From a virus (lineage: Duplodnaviria; Caudoviricetes): a stretch of 44,947 nt of DNA. The stretch spans positions 1 through 44,947 of IMG/VR virus record IMGVR_UViG_3300038548_000114; one strand, given 5' to 3'. Under the pieces are notes generated by a model that did not search any database, was not told the DNA's origin, and saw nothing but the letters and a program-made list of their open reading frames with translations. The translations under genes were made by a program, and so were the position numbers. Shown here in pieces: positions 8,448-15,739 of the stretch. Each line of letters starts with the position of its first letter. Positions within the stretch are counted from its first letter, which is position 1.

Positions 8448-8730
8448 TTTAGGGCGTGTCACCAATACTTGCTTCGGTCAGTGCTGCCCCAACTGTGGTG
8501 CGATCCCTGATGCTCTGGTTCCACCTGTCATCACCACTGCTAAGCGGTACATCACGACTTATGAGCCTACGTTTATGGAGGTGGTGTTTCGAGGTCGTGA
8601 AACAGAAGGTCACTGGGAGTGGTCAGGTCTTGAAGCAAAGAAGAACAAAGAATTCTTTGCTACTCACGACATACGCATCAGCACTGCGCCGATAGTGATG
8701 GGTGTTGGTATTGCATCAGGTTTATTCTAA
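8377..8730 (+). CDS. Hypothetical Zn-ribbon protein
   Basis: CLTC...CPNC; AGGAG RBS. Confidence 0.6.
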   Translation: MITRGNVKTGPWIRSDLCLTCATDLGRVTNTCFGQCCPNCGAIPDALVPPVITTAKRYITTYEPTFMEVVFRGRETEGHWEWSGLEAKKNKEFFATHDIRISTAPIVMGVGIASGLF

Positions 8731-8750
8731 CTATTGAGAGGTGGTAAGTG

Positions 8751-8918
8751 ATGATTACTCGCGGATCGATTAGGCATAACACTGACACGTCGAAGCGGTG
8801 TCAGCGGTGCAAGTCAGCCAAGAGCAGTGACGGGCTGTCGTTCCTTCGGTGCTCAGTGCATAAATGTAGCGTTCACGGGAACGAAACCTGTGACAAATTT
8901 GAGAAGGTGGTGAAATGA
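8751..8918 (+). CDS. Small Cys/His-rich protein (55 aa)
   Basis: Manual translation MITRGSIRHNTDTSKRCQRCK...CSVHKCSVHGNETCDKFEKVVK; GAGG RBS; ATGA coupling. Confidence 0.6.
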   Translation: MITRGSIRHNTDTSKRCQRCKSAKSSDGLSFLRCSVHKCSVHGNETCDKFEKVVK

Positions 8919-9205
8919 GTGAGGACTATAGTCATTTACATGCTGAGCCTGATGAAAATATTCGTCGTCACACATGTGGTGGTTGCGAGAACCTGAAAGC
9001 TAACACGATGTTCGGTTGCGCTGTGATGTACTGCGAACCGACTGATCACGTGGTACCTCACTCAGCAGAGCAGCAAAAGGACGGGTCGACTGATGTGATC
9101 CTATGGCGTGTCCCCGAAAGCTGCCCACTGGATGACGACCATGTGGTCAAGAGCGCTGACCAAGCAGCAGAGAGGCACTGGGTGACGATGAAGGTGGTGA
9201 AATGA
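8915..9205 (+). CDS. Hypothetical protein
   Basis: CGGC...C...PESCPL motif; coupled at both ends. Confidence 0.65.
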   Translation: MSEDYSHLHAEPDENIRRHTCGGCENLKANTMFGCAVMYCEPTDHVVPHSAEQQKDGSTDVILWRVPESCPLDDDHVVKSADQAAERHWVTMKVVK

Positions 9206-9417
9206 TTACCGAACTGGAGCAGGAAGCTATCACACTAGTCGGTGTTGATGGTTGGTATCCGTGGGAATTTGAGCGCATCAACAACGGTGTCTTGTGCACT
9301 GGTGCAGTGTGCCCACTCATCACGCGTGGTCCGAACAAGGGTCAGCCGAATTACCGTAAAGCTGATAAATCAACTAAACAATCAGTGGTCGTACCATTCA
9401 AGGGTGAGTCGAAGTGA
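9202..9417 (+). CDS. Hypothetical protein
   Basis: RGPNKGQPNY motif; coupled at both ends. Confidence 0.65.
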   Translation: MITELEQEAITLVGVDGWYPWEFERINNGVLCTGAVCPLITRGPNKGQPNYRKADKSTKQSVVVPFKGESK

Positions 9418-9707
9418 CCCTAGTCGAGCGCATCAAGATGCTTAGGTCAGCGATGTTGATCCACAGCTACATCTACTACCAGCTGAACGACAACCTGATC
9501 ACCGATCACCAGTTCGATACGCGGGCTGCTGAGCTGGTCGGGTTGCAGGCGCAGCTGTTCATGCCTGTCGACTGGTACGATGACGCGTTCGCTGACTGGA
9601 CTGGCGCATCAGGTGCATTCCTGCCGTTCGATCACTGGGTGGTGGATAAGGCGAACTATCTGCTGGCGATGTGTGAACGTCGTGCAGCTGTCGTGAGCTT
9701 CCTATGA
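9414..9707 (+). CDS. Stand-alone NAD-dependent DNA ligase N-terminal (domain Ia-like) protein
   Basis: RIKMLR..LIHSYIYYQLNDNLITDHQFD..AAELVGL matches the LigA Ia pattern H...YY..D.P.ISD..YD. Confidence 0.7.
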   Translation: MTLVERIKMLRSAMLIHSYIYYQLNDNLITDHQFDTRAAELVGLQAQLFMPVDWYDDAFADWTGASGAFLPFDHWVVDKANYLLAMCERRAAVVSFL

Positions 9708-9922
9708 TCGCAGATGACGTGGTGAAGAAGGTCGGCGTCGGCGTCGGTGGCAGGTACCCGAAGTTTATCAAAGGGCTGGCGCAGTATCTGCACAAAGAGA
9801 AAGGGCTTGAGCGGTTGCAGGTACAGGCGATGATCATCCTGGTCACCGGTATCAGCATCAACAAAGAAACCTTGAAGGGTTGGTTGTATCAAAAACGTGA
9901 GCAATTGGAGAACAAACGATGA
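9704..9922 (+). CDS. Small putative HTH-like protein
   Basis: GISINKETLKGWL; ATGA coupling. Confidence 0.5.
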   Translation: MIADDVVKKVGVGVGGRYPKFIKGLAQYLHKEKGLERLQVQAMIILVTGISINKETLKGWLYQKREQLENKR

Positions 9923-10071
9923 AAAGAACATCATTCAAAGCCGGTGACAAGGTGTCATTCAAAGGCAACCTTTGGCGCGTGCAGTATGAATCAAACGGCA
10001 TGGTCAAGATTGTGCGTGACACTTTCGATCGCACGGTGAAGGTCGATCAAGTTAAATTGGAGGCATCATGA
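9919..10071 (+). CDS. Small SH3/KOW-like beta protein (50 aa)
   Basis: Manual translation MKRTSFKAGDKVSFKGNLWRVQYESNGMVKIV...; coupled at both ends. Confidence 0.55.
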   Translation: MKRTSFKAGDKVSFKGNLWRVQYESNGMVKIVRDTFDRTVKVDQVKLEAS

Positions 10072-10232
10072 TTATTGAATGTATTGACAACGACGGGTTC
10101 GAGGACCAGCTGACTAAGGGTCACGGGTACGTGGTCACTATGATCGGCAATGGGGGTGAATCGTTCCAAGTGAAGAACGACAAGGGTGATCTGCGTTGGT
10201 ACGGTGAAGCGAAGTTTGAGGTGGTGTTGTGA
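10068..10232 (+). CDS. Small SH3-like beta protein (54 aa)
   Basis: Manual translation MIIECIDNDGFEDQLTKGHGYVV...VKNDKGDLRWYGEAKFEVVL; GGAGG RBS. Confidence 0.6.
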   Translation: MIIECIDNDGFEDQLTKGHGYVVTMIGNGGESFQVKNDKGDLRWYGEAKFEVVL

Positions 10233-10852
10233 GTCGGGGTCAGTGGGTGCCGACAAAGGCCAAGTATTTCATGATCAGCATCCCTCGGACTAGCTGCCTC
10301 AGCATAGTGTTCTATATACCCGGTGAACCTCTACCACCTGAAGCCTTTCCGATCGGTATGCTGCAGCATATGCTGGCGATCGAGGACGTCAAGCAGCAGA
10401 TCCGCGACAAGCCGTTGAGTGATCGGGTGAAGCCGTTGACCGCCACCGAGGTCAGAAAGCGTTGTGATCAACACAAGGAGCAACTCAGGCACCACAACAT
10501 GACACCGACAGCTGAACCAGTTCTTTGTCACGCACAGCGCCCATGTGCTCACTGCGGGTCGGTCGAATGGGCTGCGATGTCGACCACCGGTTGTTCAGAC
10601 TGTACGCTCGCCACTGAGCGACCGCTAAGCAAGTACCACCGTGAGATCAAGCCCGGTGTGCAGGTGGATGTATATGATGTGCTGGGTGCCTTCACAGGTC
10701 ACTATGTCGCACGCATCAAGCCGATGGTTGACCATCTGCTCAAGAAGTTGTTAGCTGGGGGTGAGCGGGGTCACAAGGATCTGCGTCAGGACATGGTGGA
10801 TGTGCGTGACACTGCTCAACGTGCAATCGATACTATTGATGAATGGAGCTGA
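10229..10852 (+). CDS. Hypothetical protein with a C-terminal DUF3310-like domain
   Basis: SKYHREI...VDVYDVL.AF...HLLKKLLAGGERGHKD..QD pattern typical of phage proteins. Confidence 0.55.
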   Translation: MSRGQWVPTKAKYFMISIPRTSCLSIVFYIPGEPLPPEAFPIGMLQHMLAIEDVKQQIRDKPLSDRVKPLTATEVRKRCDQHKEQLRHHNMTPTAEPVLCHAQRPCAHCGSVEWAAMSTTGCSDCTLATERPLSKYHREIKPGVQVDVYDVLGAFTGHYVARIKPMVDHLLKKLLAGGERGHKDLRQDMVDVRDTAQRAIDTIDEWS

Positions 10853-10856
10853 GACT

Positions 10857-10910
10857 ATGCAAGCATATAAAGGTGGTAAAGGTGGTAAAGGTGGTAAAGG
10901 GTCGAAGTGA
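10857..10910 (+). CDS. Candidate 17-aa micropeptide MQAYKGGKGGKGGKGSK
   Basis: GGAG upstream of the ATG; in-frame (AAAGGTGGT)x3 repeat; lies before a terminator. Confidence 0.4.
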   Translation: MQAYKGGKGGKGGKGSK

Positions 10911-10925
10911 CCCCTGGTAACAACC

Positions 10926-10949
10926 AAGCCGCCTTCGGGCGGTTTTTTT
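10926..10949 (+). terminator. Rho-independent terminator
   Basis: GCCGCC-TTCG-GGCGGT followed by a T run, between convergent genes. Confidence 0.85.
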
Positions 10950-10953
10950 GTGC

Positions 10954-11568
10954 CTAACTGATACGTGTGACTGTGATGATACGTTGACCTGATGCCGTGT
11001 TGCGGGTGCGGGTGCTGAATCTTTTCTGGTAAGTGAGGTAATTACCATGTGCAGCAACACTCAGCTTTTGCCGGTCTTCGGTGCTGAAGAACGTCACATC
11101 AAACTCAACTGACTGACCCAGCACCATATCCTTAAACGGCCATGACTTGTTCAGCGACTGGTGAGTGGCCTCAGCAGCAGTCTCAACCTTGGTGATCACT
11201 GCGGTGTTGCGGTCAGGTCGCTCAATCTTAAAGAACAGATCAGGGTGACTGTGCTTCATCGAGCGAACCCTGCGTACTGCTGCAGCTGCGTCGTCGGTAA
11301 ATGTCTCAGGGTGGTTGGGTAGCATCATCACGAACGGCCATTGACGCACCATTACTTTACCAGCGCGTTGGTCGCGGGTCGCTTCACACTTGGTGGGTAC
11401 TCTGGTTATCACCAGAGTGGTGCAATCTGGGTACTGGGTCTTGAAGAAATAATGCTCTGATGCTTTCTGAATGCGATCACATGCACGCACTGCAGCCCTT
11501 ATCATTTTGCCCTTATATGAGATCCTTTGATAAGAATGCATCCCGGTCAACACTGCGAAGTTGTTCAT
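10954..11568 (-). CDS. Protein with three tandem copies of a small alpha/beta domain, putatively DNA-binding
   Basis: Repeats of (W)PF..M...helix...F+....V/I(I)T[RK]V; likely start MNNFAV after GAGG. Confidence 0.55.
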   Translation of the reverse strand: MNNFAVLTGMHSYQRISYKGKMIRAAVRACDRIQKASEHYFFKTQYPDCTTLVITRVPTKCEATRDQRAGKVMVRQWPFVMMLPNHPETFTDDAAAAVRRVRSMKHSHPDLFFKIERPDRNTAVITKVETAAEATHQSLNKSWPFKDMVLGQSVEFDVTFFSTEDRQKLSVAAHGNYLTYQKRFSTRTRNTASGQRIITVTRIS

Positions 11569-12042
11569 GGTTGTACACCTCAATATGGTGCAGACTGTTG
11601 TATAGCCTCATCGTACACTGGGCGCACGGAATCTGCAACTCTCTTGAATACAGTTTTCCAGCCTATATTTAGCCTATATGAAAGTTTCTGGCACACTTAC
11701 CGTCCACTTGGAAAACTTTTAAATAGGCCGATGGGGTTTCTCTTTTTACTTCCCATTTATCAACTACTTATAACCCTAATCACTCTAATAATGTTGTAGT
11801 GGTACAGAGGAACGAATAAAAGACCAACTTAGTGGCAGAGAGAATCGATATATATACGATTTGAGGGTTTGGAGTTCTGAAGCTATCTGTACCGGTGGTG
11901 ATTTATGTCGTGAGAACTGCAAACGCACGAACGGTGTCATTCTGTTGCACCTGCGTAATAAGCGGTGAGATGCCTCACGATTACCTGTTGTCACGACATC
12001 GGTGATACACTTCAGCTGTTCAATAATTCAACGGTGATAGTG

Positions 12043-12486
12043 ATGGCACGATACAAACGCGGTCTGGTGAAGAGTGGTCCACTTGCCGGGTTGGAACATA
12101 AGAAGGCGAACTTCGTCATTGAGTACGCGAAGGACTTCAACCCAAGGCGTGCTGCTGAGGCGTCTGGCTTTGCCCCTGACCACGGCTACCGGTTGAGGGA
12201 AGATCCTGAGATAGCTGCGGCGATAGACCTGCTCATAGCCACTAGGCTCGACGCTAGCGACATTGATGCTGAGTGGGTGCTGATGGAAGCGGTGGACAAC
12301 GCACTGATCGCCAAGCAGCTCGGCAACATCTCAGCCAGCAACACTGCACTGCAGATCGTGGGTAAGCATGTGATGGTTGATGCCTTCGCCGCTGACAAGG
12401 TGCAGAGCGTCACCCATCAGCAGGTCACGGATCGACTGAGGCGTGCGCGTGATCGGTTGCAGGGTGATCCTGTGTCGTTCCTGTGA
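12043..12486 (+). CDS. terS: Terminase small subunit
   Basis: KKANFVIEYAKDFNPRRAAEASGF...PEIAAAI...ALQIVGKH; lies upstream of TerL. Confidence 0.85.
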   Translation: MARYKRGLVKSGPLAGLEHKKANFVIEYAKDFNPRRAAEASGFAPDHGYRLREDPEIAAAIDLLIATRLDASDIDAEWVLMEAVDNALIAKQLGNISASNTALQIVGKHVMVDAFAADKVQSVTHQQVTDRLRRARDRLQGDPVSFL

Positions 12487-12601
12487 TACCCTGCATGTCA
12501 TGCCTGGTCGGGTCAACGTCTTTGGGTTGATCCCGTCACCATCGAGCTGAAGGAGCACCCGGTCAGGCAGTCCATTAAACAGTGACTTTCGGTGACACGA
12601 T

Positions 12602-12892
12602 ATGAACATCGATCGCAAGTACAAAATTGAAGCAGTGAATTCTGTCAGTGGGAATCAACACACTGAAGAAGACTCTGTGTTGTTCTTAGCCAAAGACAAA
12701 GCGTTTCTTCAGTACGCACTGCCTGCTTACCTCAAGGGGTGTGAGAGGCTAGGCAGTAACCCTGAGCACTTGGAAAGTATAAAGTCGCTGATGTGTCGTG
12801 TTAACGCACACCAACAAGTGCTTGGTAGCAAGGTGCCTGACACTCTTGGTAAAGAGATCGATCGCTGCGTACACGGGGTGGGTGTGAGATAG
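12602..12892 (+). CDS. Hypothetical protein between terS and terL
   Basis: VLFLAKDKA..ALPAY motif; intact ORF. Confidence 0.65.
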   Translation: MNIDRKYKIEAVNSVSGNQHTEEDSVLFLAKDKAFLQYALPAYLKGCERLGSNPEHLESIKSLMCRVNAHQQVLGSKVPDTLGKEIDRCVHGVGVR

Positions 12893-15480
12893 TGACATCC
12901 CTGCAACAAGCCACCGCTGACGCCAGTAACGACTTCTATGAGTCTGACGACGTCGACCTGATGTTGGCTGATGACATCTCATGCTTCTATGCTGACCCGC
13001 TCGGCTTCGTTCGTTATGCGTTCGAGTGGGATGAAGGTGACCTCACAGGCTTCGACGGTCCTGATGAATGGCAGATCGATATACTCACCACCATCGGTAA
13101 CGCGGTGACTGATCGAAAGTTCAACGGTGTCACTCCAGTTGATCCGATACGTGTTGCTGTGTCGTCTGGTCACGGTATCGGTAAAGCACAACCATACTCG
13201 CTGATATTCGATACACCAGATGGTGTTCGTCAATGGTGTGATATTCAACCAGGTGACATATTGTTCGGTCGCGATGGTAAACCGACGACTGTGATTGCTC
13301 GACATGAGCAGGGTGATCGTGAGGTCTACCGTGTGACATTCAGTGATGGGTCATCAACCCTTGTTGACAAAGAGCACGTGTGGTCGGTCAAGGGTCGCCA
13401 GCAACGACGTCAGGGTCACACGTGGGTCGAGATGACTACTGCTCAGATACTCGCTGTTGGGGTGAAGCGCAGCAACGGTGTAGCTACCGCGCGACAGTGG
13501 GAGATCCCCGGCAATAATGCTGTTGAGTATCCTGCAGTTGATCTGCCGATCGACCCTTACATCGTTGGTGTGTGGCTCGGTGATGGAACTAAAAGATGTG
13601 GAGCAGTCACCAGCGCTGACCCTGAAGTTTTCGAGTCAGCAATTGATGCCGGTTACAAGCTGGGGTCAAATCGTCACACAGGGTCGGGTGCTGCACGTAC
13701 TCACACACTGATGGGATTGAAGGTGCAGTTGCGCGATGCTGGTATCCTTGGCTGCACCACTGACAATTGCTCAGTATCGGATCAATATAAATACAGCTCG
13801 ATCGATCAGCGGTCTGCAATGCTGCAGGGTCTGCTCGACACTGATGGATGGGTTGAACAATCAGGCACTGTTGCGTTCGGGTCAATCAGCGAGAAGTTGA
13901 CTGATGATGTGATCTGGTTAGCACGGTCACTTGGTCTAGTCGCACGCAAGAATCCAGTGAAGTCGAAGTGGTACCGCAACGCTGATGGTGTCAAGGTCAA
14001 AGGTAGACCGTTCTATGCGATGACAATGACGTGGGATGGTGCGACTCAGCTATTCAGGCTCGATCGCAAGCAGAATCTGTTGCGCAATCCACAGTCACGC
14101 TATCAGAAGCGGTGGGTCGACAACATTGAGTTCAGCCACGTTGAGCAGGCGATGTGTGTCACCGTTGATGCGGCTGACAGCTTGTACCTGACGAACGACT
14201 TTATCGTCACTCATAACAGCGCACTGTCTGCCTGGTTGATTCTGTGGGTGATGAGCACCCGACCAAACAGTAAAGGCGTGGTGACAGCCAACACCGGTGA
14301 CCAGCTCAAGACCAAGACGATGTCGGAGCTGGCGAAGTGGCACACACGCTGCATCACGTCGCACTGGTTTGAAGTCAGCAGCATGTCGATCAGTCACCGT
14401 GCTTATCCTGAAACATGGCGTGTGGATGGTTTGACGTCGCGTGAAGAGTCATCAGAGTCGTTCGCTGGTCTGCATTGTGCTGACTCAACACCTTGGTACC
14501 TGTTCGATGAAGCATCAGCCATACCTGAGAAGATCTGGGAAGTGGCATCAGGTGGTCTGACCGACGGTGAGCCGATGCACTTTGCATTCGGCAACCCGAC
14601 CAAGAACAGTGGTTCATTCTATGAGTGCTTCAGGCATCAGTCGCATCGTTGGATCACGCGACAGGTTGACAGTCGTACTGCGAAGATGACCAACAAGGCA
14701 TACATTCAAGAGATCATCGACGACTATGGTATCGATAGCGACCGGGTCAGAGTGCGGATTCGCGGCATGTTCCCGAAAGGTGGTGACATGCAGTTCATGC
14801 CGTCTGATGTGGTGTTCGATGCACAGAAGCGCGGGCCAGGTCAATACCTTGGTGATGATCCACTGATCTGCGGTTTCGATGTTGCACGTGGTGGCGACGA
14901 CAATTGCTTCATCAGCTTCAGGCGTGGCAAGGATGCAAAGTCTGAGCGGGTTTACAAGATACCTGGTGAGAAGTCGCGTGACAGCATGAAGGTGGTGTCG
15001 CTGATGACTATGATCCTCGATCGGCACAAGCCTGATGTCACGTTCATTGATGTCACTGGTATGGGTGGTCCGATTGGTGACCGACTGCGACAGCTCGGAT
15101 ACCACTGCATTGATATAGGTTTCGGTCACAAAGCTGATGACGAACAGCTGTACTCGAACAAGACTGCTGAGATGGGTGCAACCTGTCGTGAGTGGTTGAT
15201 GGCTGGGGGTGCTATAGCTGATGATCCTCAGCTTGAGATTGAGCTGACATCACGTGAGTTTGGTCACAACAACAAAGACCAACTGGTGCTTGAGCGCAAG
15301 AAGGATGTCAAGAAGCGACTTGGTGTGTCACCGGATTGGGCTGACTCGTTGTACCTCACATTTGCTCAAGCAGTACCGAAACGATCAGTACCACGCGGTC
15401 ATCTTGACGCTGGTATTGGCGCACGGCAGCGGAGTAACGTTGACTATGATCCGCTCGATGCTATGGATAGTGATTATTGA
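12892..15480 (+). CDS. terL: Terminase large subunit interrupted by an intein
   Basis: Walker A SGHGIGK|S, Walker B LFDEAS, coupling motif FGNP, nuclease motif GFDVARGGDD and SPDWADSL. Confidence 0.95.
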   Translation: MTSLQQATADASNDFYESDDVDLMLADDISCFYADPLGFVRYAFEWDEGDLTGFDGPDEWQIDILTTIGNAVTDRKFNGVTPVDPIRVAVSSGHGIGKAQPYSLIFDTPDGVRQWCDIQPGDILFGRDGKPTTVIARHEQGDREVYRVTFSDGSSTLVDKEHVWSVKGRQQRRQGHTWVEMTTAQILAVGVKRSNGVATARQWEIPGNNAVEYPAVDLPIDPYIVGVWLGDGTKRCGAVTSADPEVFESAIDAGYKLGSNRHTGSGAARTHTLMGLKVQLRDAGILGCTTDNCSVSDQYKYSSIDQRSAMLQGLLDTDGWVEQSGTVAFGSISEKLTDDVIWLARSLGLVARKNPVKSKWYRNADGVKVKGRPFYAMTMTWDGATQLFRLDRKQNLLRNPQSRYQKRWVDNIEFSHVEQAMCVTVDAADSLYLTNDFIVTHNSALSAWLILWVMSTRPNSKGVVTANTGDQLKTKTMSELAKWHTRCITSHWFEVSSMSISHRAYPETWRVDGLTSREESSESFAGLHCADSTPWYLFDEASAIPEKIWEVASGGLTDGEPMHFAFGNPTKNSGSFYECFRHQSHRWITRQVDSRTAKMTNKAYIQEIIDDYGIDSDRVRVRIRGMFPKGGDMQFMPSDVVFDAQKRGPGQYLGDDPLICGFDVARGGDDNCFISFRRGKDAKSERVYKIPGEKSRDSMKVVSLMTMILDRHKPDVTFIDVTGMGGPIGDRLRQLGYHCIDIGFGHKADDEQLYSNKTAEMGATCREWLMAGGAIADDPQLEIELTSREFGHNNKDQLVLERKKDVKKRLGVSPDWADSLYLTFAQAVPKRSVPRGHLDAGIGARQRSNVDYDPLDAMDSDY
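13186..14217 (+). mobile_element. 344-aa intein with a LAGLIDADG homing endonuclease and class 3 (WCT) signature
   Basis: Begins AQP after GIGK and ends VTHN before Ser; block B EHVW, block F MCVTV, block G VTHN; LAGLIDADG motifs IVGVWLGDG and LQGLLDTDG. Confidence 0.92.
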
Positions 15481-15523
15481 TGTGCTATCATCGCGTGTAA
15501 ATTGATCAACTGAGGAAATTGCC

Positions 15524-15736
15524 ATGTGTGGCGGATCACCGAGCGCACCACCTCCACCCCCACGCGCACCTGAAGCACCACGGTTGCCTGATGCATCGAC
15601 ATCTGCAGGTACTGGTAGTGATAGGCGTCGTCGCGCAGCTGCTGCGGGTACCGGTTCGACCAGCACCATTTTGACCGGTCCACGTGGCGTGCAAGACGGC
15701 GCTGCGACTGCGACCAAGACACTGTTGGGCCAGTAA
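15524..15736 (+). CDS. Small Pro-rich protein typical of the position upstream of podovirus portals
   Basis: MCGGSPSAPPPPP...STILTG...KTLLGQ. Confidence 0.75.
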   Translation: MCGGSPSAPPPPPRAPEAPRLPDASTSAGTGSDRRRRAAAAGTGSTSTILTGPRGVQDGAATATKTLLGQ

Positions 15737-15739
15737 GCT

